Shown here in pieces: positions 48,482 to 59,256 of a DNA stretch of 64,000 bases. The notes beneath the pieces are model-generated. The model did no database searches and had not been told where the DNA came from. It saw only the letters and a program-made list of their open reading frames with translations. Position 1 is the first letter of the stretch, and every line of letters starts with the position of its first letter. The position numbers and the translations under genes are program-made. Source of the stretch: an uncultured delta proteobacterium (lineage in GTDB: Bacteria; Bdellovibrionota; FAC87; UBA2466); the NCBI GenBank assembly GCA_963778115.1, contig CAVZSV010000004.1, positions 194,607 through 258,606 on the forward strand, written 5' to 3'.

Positions 48482-49581
48482 AGCTTTTCTTTAAGCTTCA
48501 CAATGCGCGCGTACGAACGATCGATTCGACTCTCCTGAATGAAGTTTTCCTTCACTAGCTGATGAATGATCTTAACGGCTTTCTTACCCACTTCGGGATC
48601 GTAGGAGAGATTATTGGCGAAAAGTAGAATATCCACATCGGCTCCGATGGCTAAGCGAATCGTGGTCTCTAAATCAATCGGACGCCCGTTCCATTCAAGT
48701 TTGGCAATTCCATTCATCTGCAAATCATCCGCAATAACCACTCCATCAAAACCAAGCCGTTTTCTTAGCAGTTGGGGAATGATTTCCGGAGAGAGGGTTG
48801 CGGGAAGCGTACCATCTAGCTTGTGAAAGACGTGGGCCGTCATGACAGCATCCACTTTACCTTCCCTGATTAATTCTTGGTAAGGAACCAGTTCATCTTC
48901 TGTCCAAGTCTTTGTCACATCCACAAAATCAAGATGCGAGTCTGAAGTGGCACTTCCGTGTCCGGGAAAGTGTTTTAGCACCGTAAGTAAGTGATGCTCG
49001 TGATGGGCATCAATAAAATTGGCCGCTCGCTCCGCCACTATTTGAGAGTCATCGGAAAAGCTCCGATCGATCTTACCTATAGCGGGACTTTGGGGATTCA
49101 CGTTAACATCCACCACGGGAGCCAGATTCATATTGATTCCGTTATCCACCAAAGTCTGTGCCGTCTGCCCAGCTTCCGCTAACAGGTCAGCTTCCGACAT
49201 CTTCCCCATCTCTGCCGCCGATTTGGTGGGAGCAAAGCCGTACTTTTCTTTCAATCGATTTACCTTCCCGCCTTCTTGATCGATGGCTATCAGAAGAGGA
49301 GTGGTGGCTAAGGCCTTTGCTTGCGCAGTTAACTTCTTTAGCTGCTCGGGGCTTTTGATATTGCGATCCCAAGACTTTAAAGCGACGTCACGATCGTAAA
49401 GGACGATACCACCTATATTTCGAAGCCGGATATCTTCTTCAATACTACTTCCCGGCTCGATGCTCTCTCCACGAAAGCCCAACATCAGCATTTGACCGAT
49501 CTTTTCGTCTAGCGTCTCACCGAAGGCATGGGAGAAGGATAAAAACAGGGAGAGGACCACCAATAAGTGCCGCATGAGCAT
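48478..49581 (-). CDS. nagZ: Glycoside hydrolase family 3, beta-N-acetylhexosaminidase
   Basis: DQEGG.V.R; KHFPGHG..DSH; signal peptide. Confidence 0.9.
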   Translation of the reverse strand: MLMRHLLVVLSLFLSFSHAFGETLDEKIGQMLMLGFRGESIEPGSSIEEDIRLRNIGGIVLYDRDVALKSWDRNIKSPEQLKKLTAQAKALATTPLLIAIDQEGGKVNRLKEKYGFAPTKSAAEMGKMSEADLLAEAGQTAQTLVDNGINMNLAPVVDVNVNPQSPAIGKIDRSFSDDSQIVAERAANFIDAHHEHHLLTVLKHFPGHGSATSDSHLDFVDVTKTWTEDELVPYQELIREGKVDAVMTAHVFHKLDGTLPATLSPEIIPQLLRKRLGFDGVVIADDLQMNGIAKLEWNGRPIDLETTIRLAIGADVDILLFANNLSYDPEVGKKAVKIIHQLVKENFIQESRIDRSYARIVKLKEKL

Positions 49582-49717
49582 AAACCTCGCATTGACGTCG
49601 TTACTAAATAGGCTGGGCTTGTACCATAGTTACCGATTCGCCGCAATTAGGCGAAAATTGTCACTTCCCCCCAAAAGGTATCCGTTACTTCCAGTAACGG
49701 ATACCTTTTGGGAGTCA

Positions 49718-50974
49718 TCACGATCTGGCGCGACTTGGCGCTACCGTCGCAAGGGTCATGACCGACACTAATGAAATCGCGGCCATGAGTCCGCCCGTTA
49801 CTTTCCAAGCGAAGGGGATGCTAGTGAACTGAGCTAAGGTTCCCACCACCATATTGCCGATGGGAAACATGCCCTGAAATAAAGTTCCCCAAAGGCCTAG
49901 GATTCTGCCGCGCAGTTCGGGACGAACACTCGATTGCATTAATGTGAGAGAGCAGACCGAAACCAATCCCACACAAGCGCCCGTGATGAAAATAAGCGGA
50001 TGCATCCAGAAAAGACTTTTAGCGGAGGCAAACAGAAACAGCGCCATGCCGGAAGCGCAAGCGGCAAAGAGAATCGTCCTAACATTCATGCGACTCGTAA
50101 AATCGGGAATTCGCGAGGCCATGATGGCAATGATGACCGAGCCCAATCCCGAGGAGACCCAGAGCCAGCCCAGTACGTGAGGATCCAGATGCAAATACGC
50201 CTTCACATAAAGGGCTAGGAGCGTAATGTGCGGCATTATTAGGACACTCACCAAACACAAAGCCATCAAAGTAATTCGGATCGCCTTTTGGGCCCAAACA
50301 TAGCTAAGCGCTTCTTTGACAGCCGTGAAAAAACTTTCATTCTTGGCTCTCGAATAGTCCTGCGTCACCAAGATTGGAACAACGAAGATAAGAGGAATTA
50401 CCGCCAGAAAAGAAACTGCATTAAGGATGAAACATCCTCCCGCACCAATAAAACCTAGCAAAAGCCCCGCAAGCCCAGGGCCAATGGTTCGAGAAAGATG
50501 CAGTTGAGCGGCATTCAAAGAGACAGCCTTCCCGAGCCTTTCCCTACCCACAATATCAAAGAGAAAGCCGTGATAAGCGGGAGTGCTGATAGCGCTTCCG
50601 ACACCCGTCAGAAACGCTAAGACCGCCACATGCCAAATCTTAACGACATGAAGAAGAGTAAGCGTTCCCAAGACAGCGGCGACGAACATCATCATTAATT
50701 GTGAAACCACGAGAAGTTTTCGCCGTGGCATTCGATCCGCTAGCGTTCCTCCCACTAACGAAAGTAATAACATCGGAACGCCGGCGCAAAAGCCCACGAA
50801 TCCGCTCCAAAAAGGTTCGTGGCTCAGCTCCGCTACCAACCACGATTGGGCCACCATCTGCATCCACGTTCCGACATTGGAAAGTCCAGAGCCCGTTAAG
50901 AACAGTAGAAAATGACGGGGAAGTTCTGCCCTTCCGGCGTCATCTTCACTCATTTGTTTTAGCAGGGCGCGCAT
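49718..50974 (-). CDS. MFS transporter (MFS_3-like)
   Basis: SN.GTWMQ.VA..W; GG.LADR..RRK. Confidence 0.92.
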   Translation of the reverse strand: MRALLKQMSEDDAGRAELPRHFLLFLTGSGLSNVGTWMQMVAQSWLVAELSHEPFWSGFVGFCAGVPMLLLSLVGGTLADRMPRRKLLVVSQLMMMFVAAVLGTLTLLHVVKIWHVAVLAFLTGVGSAISTPAYHGFLFDIVGRERLGKAVSLNAAQLHLSRTIGPGLAGLLLGFIGAGGCFILNAVSFLAVIPLIFVVPILVTQDYSRAKNESFFTAVKEALSYVWAQKAIRITLMALCLVSVLIMPHITLLALYVKAYLHLDPHVLGWLWVSSGLGSVIIAIMASRIPDFTSRMNVRTILFAACASGMALFLFASAKSLFWMHPLIFITGACVGLVSVCSLTLMQSSVRPELRGRILGLWGTLFQGMFPIGNMVVGTLAQFTSIPFAWKVTGGLMAAISLVSVMTLATVAPSRARS

Positions 50975-50992
50975 GAGCTTAAGGTAGCATGC

Positions 50993-52051
50993 TTACCAAA
51001 GGCCGGGAACCAACTTGCCGCAATCGGGACAATGATTTGTCTTCATGCGATTCGACAAAACCGTAAATCCTCGTCGAACGACAAGCTCGCCCTTGCAATG
51101 CCCACAGTAAGTGTTTTCCCATTTTCCTACATGGCCTGGCAAATTTCCCAAGTAGACGTAGCGAAGGCCTTGCTTCTTAGCTATTTCAGCGGAACGAAGC
51201 AGCGTGTCGACAGAAGTGTTGTCGGGGCTAGTCATTTTATAATCTTTGTGAAAGGCAGTCGCATGCCAGGGGATGTCGGGGGACACCGAGGCGATAAATT
51301 CGGTCATTCTTTTGATCTCCTCGGGGGAGTCGTTAAATCCCGGGATCAGCAAAGTGACCAACTCGAGGAAAAAGCCCATTTGGTAAACCCGCCGAATCGA
51401 CTCGAGAACAGTTGCTAAGACTCCTCCGAGTTTCCGGTAGTGTTTGTCGTCAAAACTTTTAAGATCGATCTTATAACAGTCGACGTACGGCCTGATGTAA
51501 TCCAAGACTTGCGAAGTTGCGTTTCCGTTCGAGACATAAGAGGTCATTAGCTTTTGGGCCTTGGCATGTTTAAAAATCGCTACCGCCCACTCGGAGGTAA
51601 TGAGAGGTTCATTATACGTACTCGTCACCATCCGAGCTCCGTGAGAAACGGCAAGGCCTGCCACTTCGTCGGGGGTCACCTCTTCGGGTCGTGCCATCGC
51701 TTCCGGGTCTCTTAAAACTTGTGAGGTAAACCAGTTCTGACAGTACGAACAGTGGTAATCGCAGCCCAACATTCCGAAACTAAGGGCATTGGCTCCCGGT
51801 GTCACGTGGAAGAAAGGTTTCTTTTCAATGGGATCGACTTGAAGGCCGGCGACATATCCCCAGGGAACTCTAAGTTCTCCCTGGCGATTTGAGCGGACCT
51901 TACAGATGCCGTCAAAACCCTCTGGGATAAAGCAGCGATGGCCGCAAGCAAAGCAGCGGATTCCGTCACGTTCCGGCGCCCACAGCTCCCCACGGGCGGT
52001 GCGATCTTCCAGAGTCCTCTTTAGAGGCTGCATGCGGGCTTTGGCGTCCAT
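50993..52051 (-). CDS. amrS: AmmeMemoRadiSam system radical SAM enzyme
   Basis: C..C.H.C.I..G..G.C.VR; DPIEKKP; CDYHCSYCQN; TYNEP. Confidence 0.92.
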   Translation of the reverse strand: MDAKARMQPLKRTLEDRTARGELWAPERDGIRCFACGHRCFIPEGFDGICKVRSNRQGELRVPWGYVAGLQVDPIEKKPFFHVTPGANALSFGMLGCDYHCSYCQNWFTSQVLRDPEAMARPEEVTPDEVAGLAVSHGARMVTSTYNEPLITSEWAVAIFKHAKAQKLMTSYVSNGNATSQVLDYIRPYVDCYKIDLKSFDDKHYRKLGGVLATVLESIRRVYQMGFFLELVTLLIPGFNDSPEEIKRMTEFIASVSPDIPWHATAFHKDYKMTSPDNTSVDTLLRSAEIAKKQGLRYVYLGNLPGHVGKWENTYCGHCKGELVVRRGFTVLSNRMKTNHCPDCGKLVPGLW

Positions 52052-52185
52052 TTGCTTATTCTGGGCGCATAATACGTCACGTCAACCTCAGCTTGACCGA
52101 GCAACACGATAGTCACATCGCGTCACATAGTATTGCTGAGGGCATCGCGGGGGAATGCCGATAAGTTAGTTGGGAGTGTGTACCC

Positions 52186-53097
52186 GTGTCATTTAAGGAC
52201 CCCAAAAACAAATCCGGTTCATTTTCTAAGAGTGACGCTTCAAAAGCGACTAAGAAAAGACCGGCGGATGACGAGCGCGATCACGCTGAGCGCACGGAGG
52301 CCCGAGAGCCCATCGTATTTACGATCGATCCGAACGATGTCTCGCGGGAATTCCGTATCGAGACGTCCGAGAATCAGTTGTCGAAGCAATTGGATCTGCT
52401 CAAAGATCAGATCAAAGATATTTCGCATCTCGACGGGGGCGATGCCCTAACGAGCGATCAAACAGAGCTATTGCGCAAGTATATCTCTCTTAAGGAAGCG
52501 GAAGTTCGGGACCTAAAAGACCAAAGAGGACAGTACCAAAATTACCTAAAGCGGCTGACTCACGATTTAGAAACGTATACGCGCCGAAATCGCGAAGTGA
52601 TGACGGAATTAGAAAGCTTGAAGCGGTCGGATGATTCGCTAAAGAGCGAATTAAGACACATTAAATCTCAGTACGAAGACCAGATTCAGCTGCTCAAAAA
52701 TGATTACGAAGAACGCCTTCGCGCTTCCGGAAATTATCAGTCCGAATACGATGACTTGGTGAAAAAACGCGAAGAATGGAAAGAGCGCGTCAGAGAAGAT
52801 TTAAAACGGATCAAACTTAAAGAGCGCGAGCTGGAAAACAAGTACGAACTTCTCAAACGCGATATGCAGGCGCTTTTAGACTCCAAAGACAGACACGTAC
52901 TTGAACTTAAGAAGAAGACCGATGCCCTTGAACTCGAACAGGAGTCCCTTGAAGACAGGCTAAGGAACAGCAATTCTGTTCTGGGCGCAGTCGATGCAAA
53001 GAAACGGCGCCTCATCGAAACGTTACGACTCGCAATCACGCTTTTAGAATCAATAGACCACAACGCAGAAGACGATTCCGAACGAAAAGCTGGATAA
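52186..53097 (+). CDS. Coiled-coil hypothetical protein
   Basis: Long charged heptad-rich sequence; GGGAG RBS. Confidence 0.8.
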   Translation: MSFKDPKNKSGSFSKSDASKATKKRPADDERDHAERTEAREPIVFTIDPNDVSREFRIETSENQLSKQLDLLKDQIKDISHLDGGDALTSDQTELLRKYISLKEAEVRDLKDQRGQYQNYLKRLTHDLETYTRRNREVMTELESLKRSDDSLKSELRHIKSQYEDQIQLLKNDYEERLRASGNYQSEYDDLVKKREEWKERVREDLKRIKLKERELENKYELLKRDMQALLDSKDRHVLELKKKTDALELEQESLEDRLRNSNSVLGAVDAKKRRLIETLRLAITLLESIDHNAEDDSERKAG

Positions 53098-53100
53098 CGA

Positions 53101-54450
53101 ATGGATCAGCATTCCTCAATTCCTCAGGTCTTTTTGATGATAGCCGATCCGGTGCTCGAAGGAATTTACCGAACCCGGCTCACCTCTCCGCAATATTGCA
53201 CCGTCTGGTGTGAAACGGGCGAAGGCTGGGAGCACTCGCTTTCGACATTTGCTTACGATCTTATTGTGGTGGACCTCTCTCTTTTTCCGGACGATCCCAA
53301 AGAAGGCTTGCGACAGGTAAGGCAATTTTCCCCCGTGTCAGACATTATCGTGCTCTCTTCCAGTGAAGACGTCCGTGTCGCTATCGCCGCCTTTAAAGTG
53401 GGAATTCAAGAGTATTTCTTAAAGCCCACCTCTCCCGAACAGCTCGAATGGGCGGTTGAGAAAACCTTACGCCAGAGACAATTCAATAGCTCCAATCTCC
53501 CCTTTGCCGCCGATCTCGATGTCTTTCGCGCCACCCACCATATCAGTATGGCGGAGAACGAGACCAAAATGCGGGAACTGGCGATGCGAAGCCTTATCTC
53601 CATGAGCCACGCCAAAGGCGGTGTTTGGATCTGGCCTGAAAAAAATGGCCAATGCAAAACCGAAGTCCATCGAGCCACACCAACCGAAGCGGAAAAGGCA
53701 TGGCAAAGCTACCTGTCGACTTTAGGCGGTACCGCACAACCTAGTTTTGAGAGTCAGCTCACCTGCCATCCTGAACAATGGTTTGAAGAAGGAAATGCCT
53801 GGATCCCGCTAAAGAGCGAGCTCATGGGGGGAATCTTTCTTTTTGGAGTCAGCGCCGAAATCGACAGCTCAGCCCAGGCACGTGCCGAATTTCTGGTACG
53901 CAACTTAGAACTCTCTTTAGAAAACGGACGGCGCTATCTGGAAGCCAAACAGCTTAGCTATGTCGACGATTTCACGGGACTGTATAATTCACGCTACTTA
54001 GATATCGCCCTGAGCTCCGCCATCGAAGGAGCGAGTAGCACCAATATTGGATTTTCAGTCCTCTTCATTGACGTCGACCATTTTAAGTCGGTAAACGATA
54101 AGTTCGGTCATATGACGGGAAGTGGTCTACTCATCGGCCTCGCCGAATTCATGAAGCGGTTGGTCCGCCAAGGTGACCAACTTTTTCGGTATGGCGGCGA
54201 CGAATTCATCATCATTTTGAACAAAACCTTGCCCGGCGGAGCGGTTCAAGTCGCCGAACGTATCCGATCTCAGATCGAGCGGCACAAATTTCATATTTTA
54301 GGGCATGACATCAACATTACGGTAAGCATCGGAGTGTCTCGTTTTCCTGAACACAGTAAGACGAAGAGGAACATTATCGAACTTGCCGATCAGGCTATGT
54401 ACTCGGGTAAAAGCCGAGGGCGCAACGCCGTTTACGAAGCGATCCCATGA
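53101..54450 (+). CDS. Response regulator diguanylate cyclase (REC-GAF-like-GGDEF)
   Basis: LIVVDL..KP receiver; DVDHFK.VND; RQGD I-site; RYGGDEF. Confidence 0.93.
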   Translation: MDQHSSIPQVFLMIADPVLEGIYRTRLTSPQYCTVWCETGEGWEHSLSTFAYDLIVVDLSLFPDDPKEGLRQVRQFSPVSDIIVLSSSEDVRVAIAAFKVGIQEYFLKPTSPEQLEWAVEKTLRQRQFNSSNLPFAADLDVFRATHHISMAENETKMRELAMRSLISMSHAKGGVWIWPEKNGQCKTEVHRATPTEAEKAWQSYLSTLGGTAQPSFESQLTCHPEQWFEEGNAWIPLKSELMGGIFLFGVSAEIDSSAQARAEFLVRNLELSLENGRRYLEAKQLSYVDDFTGLYNSRYLDIALSSAIEGASSTNIGFSVLFIDVDHFKSVNDKFGHMTGSGLLIGLAEFMKRLVRQGDQLFRYGGDEFIIILNKTLPGGAVQVAERIRSQIERHKFHILGHDINITVSIGVSRFPEHSKTKRNIIELADQAMYSGKSRGRNAVYEAIP

Positions 54451-55526
54451 AGAAGTTAAAGCTCGTCGTATCCGATTTCCATTTGGGCAGAGGCAAGTAC
54501 CTCTCCAATGGACACCTCAACCAACTAGAAGATTTTTACCACGACGCTAAATTCAAAGAGTTCTTGGACTATTACTCCGAAGGGGAGCACCGCCAAGACG
54601 ATATCGAACTCATCTTCAACGGCGACATGCTTAATCTCATTCAAACTGACTATCATGGTCATTATACCGTGGTGATCACCGAGACGGTATCGACTACCAA
54701 ACTTAGGGCTATCATCGACGGCCATCCGATTTTTTTTAAAGCGCTTCGCCATTTCCTCTCCCACCCCACCCACTCCATGACTTTTGTGATCGGAAATCAC
54801 GATCAGGAGATGCTCTGGAAAGGGGCCCGGACCATGTTCGAAGCGGCCATTGGTCGTGAAATCCAATGGAAGAACATCCATTACCAAATTGACGGCATCC
54901 ATATTGAGCACGGCCATCAGTACGAAGCGGTGAACCGGATGGACCCCACTCAACTCTTTCTGACCGAAGGGCTTCCTGAACCTATTCTTAATCTGCCTTG
55001 GGGAACGCTCTTTACGATTCAATTTATTGTTCGCCTTAAGCAACAGCGCCCCGCCGTAGATAAAGTTCGCCCCTTTCGGATGGTCGTATACTGGAGTCTT
55101 GTGCACGATACCTGGATGGCACTCACGAGCCTTACTCGACTTATCGTCTACTTTTTTTCCACCCGGCTAAGCAAGAATCGTTATCGGCAATCTAGTCTTA
55201 AGATGACCCTTAAGATTCTTCGTGAAGCTTCCGTCTTTCCTGACCTTACGGACGCCGCACGCAGAATTTTGCGCAGTCCCGATGTCCATACTGTGATCTT
55301 TGGCCATACCCACGTGTACAAACATGTTCCGGTCGGAGATGCCAAGCAGTACATCAACTTAGGGACTTGGACTGACGTTATTTCCTTAGATATTGAAAGT
55401 TATGCCAGAAGAGCCAGACTTACCTATGTCAGAGTCGACTACGATCCCGAAACCGGAAGAGCGATCCCCCTACTCCGACACTGGATTGGACGGATTGCTT
55501 TGGAAGACGATGCGATGGGAATGTAA
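54447..55526 (+). CDS. Metallophosphoesterase (calcineurin-like)
   Basis: SDFH.G, NGD, GNHD, EHGH, GHTH; ATGA overlap with the DGC gene. Confidence 0.9.
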   Translation: MKKLKLVVSDFHLGRGKYLSNGHLNQLEDFYHDAKFKEFLDYYSEGEHRQDDIELIFNGDMLNLIQTDYHGHYTVVITETVSTTKLRAIIDGHPIFFKALRHFLSHPTHSMTFVIGNHDQEMLWKGARTMFEAAIGREIQWKNIHYQIDGIHIEHGHQYEAVNRMDPTQLFLTEGLPEPILNLPWGTLFTIQFIVRLKQQRPAVDKVRPFRMVVYWSLVHDTWMALTSLTRLIVYFFSTRLSKNRYRQSSLKMTLKILREASVFPDLTDAARRILRSPDVHTVIFGHTHVYKHVPVGDAKQYINLGTWTDVISLDIESYARRARLTYVRVDYDPETGRAIPLLRHWIGRIALEDDAMGM

Positions 55527-55531
55527 CTTAC

Positions 55532-55570
55532 TGCCATTGCGAGAAGCCGAAGGCCATGCGGCAAGCCTGA
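55532..55570 (+). repeat. Degenerate GTCATTGCG-type REP-like element
   Basis: TGCCATTGCGAGAAGCCGAAGGCCATGCGGCAAGCC. Confidence 0.4.
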
Positions 55571-55591
55571 GGTCTTAGCGGTAAAGTACCT

Positions 55592-55834
55592 TTATTCCGG
55601 CAAACTCGAATGGCTCCCATCACACCTAGGCTTCGTTTTCGAGTTTTTACACCCGCACCACGCCACCTTTTCAGCCGATTTAAATTCGCAAATGACCGGG
55701 GTGAAATCCGTATTTTTGTGAGAACCATCGCAGTAGGGCTGATTTTCAGAAAACCCACACGAACACCAGGCCTTCTTTCCCGGTTTCTCGTCTAAAACGT
55801 AGGGACCACGCTTGGCGATATGAGGAGTTGCCAT
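55592..55834 (-). CDS. CDGSH iron-sulfur domain protein
   Basis: Two WC.C..S...P.CDGSH motifs. Confidence 0.95.
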   Translation of the reverse strand: MATPHIAKRGPYVLDEKPGKKAWCSCGFSENQPYCDGSHKNTDFTPVICEFKSAEKVAWCGCKNSKTKPRCDGSHSSLPE

Positions 55835-55919
55835 GACTTCCTTCCTTATACTAATGAACTGTTTAGTATATTTGAAGCATGGGTACTGTCACGCCCAATT
55901 AGGCTGAAAACGCTACTGA

Positions 55920-56648
55920 ATGGAACGAATGTTGGATATACCTAAGAAGCTACTTAATCTAATCTGTCTGGGGCTTTGCGTGATCTGGAGTGCGGGATGT
56001 GCCTTTATCTCCGTCCCCCTTTATTGGATCAAACGATCCTATGGCCAACGGGTGCACCGATTCTTCGGTCAGGGCTGGCTAACCATTATGGGAATCGAAC
56101 TCAAAGTTATCGACGCACAGAATTTTCCCGAAAAAGGGGTCTTGGCCCCTAATCACCAAAGCATGTTTGATATCCCGGTACTCTCTTCACTCCCCATTAC
56201 GTTCCGATGGATCTCCAAAAAGGAGGTCAAAAGGATCCCTTTTATCGGCTGGTCGATGCAAGCCATGGGCTGTTATTTTGTGGCCCGTGATCGATCCGGC
56301 AAAGATCTTAATGTCATGAAAGTCGTGGAAGAGGATCTCCAACGGGGCAATTGCGTGGTTATCTTTCCCGAAGGGACCCGAACCCGCACGGGTGAGCTAC
56401 TTCCGTTTAAGAAAGGCGCTTTTAAAATCGCGCAAAATTCAGGCGTTCCGCTAGTCCCTATCGCCATCACGGGAACCAGGTCGATTGCCCCTCCTGGAAA
56501 ATTCCCTTCGCGCAAACATCGAGTCCTGCTCAGAGTAGGAAAGCCCTTGTTTGTAGAAAAAGGCGAGTCCCTGGAAAAAGCGGCCTCGACCTATCGAGAG
56601 GCCCTTGTCGGTCTTTTGGAAAAAAACCGGGCGGAGTTGCCTTCATAA
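55920..56648 (+). CDS. plsC: 1-acyl-sn-glycerol-3-phosphate acyltransferase
   Basis: NHQS.FD; FPEGTR; PFKKGAF. Confidence 0.9.
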   Translation: MERMLDIPKKLLNLICLGLCVIWSAGCAFISVPLYWIKRSYGQRVHRFFGQGWLTIMGIELKVIDAQNFPEKGVLAPNHQSMFDIPVLSSLPITFRWISKKEVKRIPFIGWSMQAMGCYFVARDRSGKDLNVMKVVEEDLQRGNCVVIFPEGTRTRTGELLPFKKGAFKIAQNSGVPLVPIAITGTRSIAPPGKFPSRKHRVLLRVGKPLFVEKGESLEKAASTYREALVGLLEKNRAELPS

Positions 56649-56697
56649 GCTGTGGTAGTTACGCACGAAAGATGTTAAAACAACTAGTTAAGGCTAT

Positions 56698-59223
56698 ATG
56701 GTAAAAGATTTTGCAAAGAAAATATTCGGCAGCCGAAATCAGCGCGAAGTAAAGCGCCTTCGTCCCCTCGTCCAACGGGTCAATGCCCTGGAATCGAAGA
56801 TGACCGTGCTCAGCCAGGACCAACTGGTAGCCAAAACAGGAGAATTTAAGGAGCGTGTGGCCAAGGGAGAGAGCCTCGAGTCCCTTATGCCCGAAGCCTT
56901 TGCGGTGGTCAGAGAGACGTCAAAACGGCTCATGAACATGCGCCATTTTGACGTCCAGCTAATCGGCGGATGTGTCCTTCACGAAGGCAAGGTCGCTGAG
57001 ATGCGAACCGGCGAAGGAAAAACGCTGGTTGCCACCCTTCCCGTCTATCTCAATGCGCTTACGGGTAAGGGGGTTCATGTCGTTACGGTTAACGACTACC
57101 TTGCCAAACGCGACAGCGACTGGATGGGACAGATCTATAGAGCGCTCGGTCTCACGACAGGATGTATCGTCCATGGCCTGACCGATCCCGAGCGAAAGCA
57201 AAATTACGCCGCTGACGTCACCTATGGAACCAATAACGAATTCGGCTTTGACTACTTGCGCGATAACATGAAGTTTCGATTGGAAGACTTTGTCCAGCGC
57301 GATCTTCACTACGCCATCATCGACGAAGTCGATTCTATCTTAATTGACGAGGCTCGAACGCCTCTCATCATTAGCGGGCCGACAGACGATTCGACCGACA
57401 AATATTACTCAATCAATGCCGTAATACCGATTCTCCAAAAAGAGGTGGACTACACCATCGAAGAGAAGTCCAGAACTGCGGCCCTCAATGATTCGGGAAT
57501 CGTTAAGTTGGAAAAGGCTCTACACGTAAACAATATTTACGCTCCGGAGCACATGGAGCTCGTTCATCACGTACACCAAGCCCTTAAAGCCCACGCCCTT
57601 TTTGAACGCGATGTCGATTATGTCGTGAAAGAGGGAGAGGTCATTATCGTCGACGAATTCACCGGCCGTTTAATGCCCGGGCGTCGTTATAGCGACGGAT
57701 TGCACCAAGCTTTGGAGGCCAAAGAGGGTGTCACGATCGAAAACGAGAATCAGACGCTTGCCACGGTGACGTTTCAAAACTTTTTTCGAATGTACAAGAA
57801 GCTGGCCGGTATGACCGGAACGGCCGATACCGAAGCCGCCGAGTTCCAAAGCATTTATAACTTGGAAGTGCTGGTTATCCCCACCAACCGCAACATGATC
57901 CGTATCGATAATGCGGACGTGGTCTATAAGACCGAGAAGGGGAAGTACAGCGCCATTTGCGACGAGATAGAAGAGTTGTTCAAGAGAAAACAGCCGGCCC
58001 TCGTGGGCACGATTTCTATCGAAAAATCAGAGTATCTAAGTGAACTGTTGAAAAAACGTGGCGTTCCCCATAACGTTTTAAACGCCAAACACCATGAACG
58101 TGAAGCTGAGATAGTGGCACAGGCGGGGCACCCCGGAATGATTACCATTGCCACTAACATGGCGGGTCGAGGTACCGATATCGTTTTAGGACCCGGTGTC
58201 GCTGACATGGGCGGCCTTCATATTCTTGGCACCGAGCGCCACGAATCCCGCCGTATCGACAATCAGCTTCGCGGTCGAGCCGGACGCCAAGGAGATCCGG
58301 GATCGAGCCGCTTTTATCTCTCCTTAGAAGACAAGCTATTACGTATTTTCCAAGGCGACAAGATTAAGGGCTACATGGATCGCTTCAACATGCCCGAAGA
58401 TGAGCCCATTGAACACAAACTCATTTCGCGCGCTATTGAAAACGCGCAGAAAAAAGTGGAAGGCCATAACTACGATATCCGCAAACATTTGCTCGAATAT
58501 GATGACGTTCTCAATAAGCAAAGAGAAGTCGTTTACGAATTACGTCGGCTTATTTTAGGCGGCGAAAACAACCGACCGCTGGTCATGGATATCGTCCGGG
58601 AAAACGTTACCAATCTTGCCGAAGCCTTTTGCTCAAACAAATTGACCTCGGAGTGGGATACCAAAGGGCTACTAGAATCGCTCATCTTCTTATTTGATAC
58701 GAACTTAGGGCTAGAGGCCGACTTTATCACTCATAAAGTAGGGTCTAAAGAGGATCTCGTTGAGGAGATCTTCCGGCGGGCGGAAAAACTATACGCCGAT
58801 CGCGAAAAGTCGATGACCGAGCCGGTGATGCGCCAACTTGAGCACGTTATCTATTTGGGTGCCATAGACCAGTTATGGAAAGATCATCTGCTTAATATGG
58901 ACCATCTCAAAGAAGGGGTGGGGCTCAGAGGGTACGGCCAAAAAGATCCTTTGGTCGAATACAAGAAAGAGGGTTTTACCCTCTTTAAGATGATGGACGA
59001 GCAGGTAAAGACCGATGTCATCACCCGTCTGTACCGTATTCAGGTGACACGAGAAGAACAGGTCGAACAGCTGCAGCCCAAAGAACAGCCGATGAACTTC
59101 TTTCATGGCGACGAATCGCAAAGCGTTAGGGACCCGATTCGCCGCGACGATGAGAAGGTAGGCAGAAACGATCCCTGTCCTTGCGGTAGCGGCAAGAAGT
59201 ACAAAAAGTGTCACGGTAAGTAG
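56698..59223 (+). CDS. secA: Preprotein translocase subunit SecA
   Basis: EMRTGEGKT; [19 protein letters not shown]; [22 protein letters not shown]. Confidence 0.98.
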   Translation: MVKDFAKKIFGSRNQREVKRLRPLVQRVNALESKMTVLSQDQLVAKTGEFKERVAKGESLESLMPEAFAVVRETSKRLMNMRHFDVQLIGGCVLHEGKVAEMRTGEGKTLVATLPVYLNALTGKGVHVVTVNDYLAKRDSDWMGQIYRALGLTTGCIVHGLTDPERKQNYAADVTYGTNNEFGFDYLRDNMKFRLEDFVQRDLHYAIIDEVDSILIDEARTPLIISGPTDDSTDKYYSINAVIPILQKEVDYTIEEKSRTAALNDSGIVKLEKALHVNNIYAPEHMELVHHVHQALKAHALFERDVDYVVKEGEVIIVDEFTGRLMPGRRYSDGLHQALEAKEGVTIENENQTLATVTFQNFFRMYKKLAGMTGTADTEAAEFQSIYNLEVLVIPTNRNMIRIDNADVVYKTEKGKYSAICDEIEELFKRKQPALVGTISIEKSEYLSELLKKRGVPHNVLNAKHHEREAEIVAQAGHPGMITIATNMAGRGTDIVLGPGVADMGGLHILGTERHESRRIDNQLRGRAGRQGDPGSSRFYLSLEDKLLRIFQGDKIKGYMDRFNMPEDEPIEHKLISRAIENAQKKVEGHNYDIRKHLLEYDDVLNKQREVVYELRRLILGGENNRPLVMDIVRENVTNLAEAFCSNKLTSEWDTKGLLESLIFLFDTNLGLEADFITHKVGSKEDLVEEIFRRAEKLYADREKSMTEPVMRQLEHVIYLGAIDQLWKDHLLNMDHLKEGVGLRGYGQKDPLVEYKKEGFTLFKMMDEQVKTDVITRLYRIQVTREEQVEQLQPKEQPMNFFHGDESQSVRDPIRRDDEKVGRNDPCPCGSGKKYKKCHGK

Positions 59224-59256
59224 TAAGACCTTAGAAAACCTTGGGGGGCCAACCGA

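Noticed and set aside
50993-52051. Orphan amrS as a new system
   Set aside because: AmrA/AmrB partners are often encoded elsewhere; nothing in the window suggests a new context.
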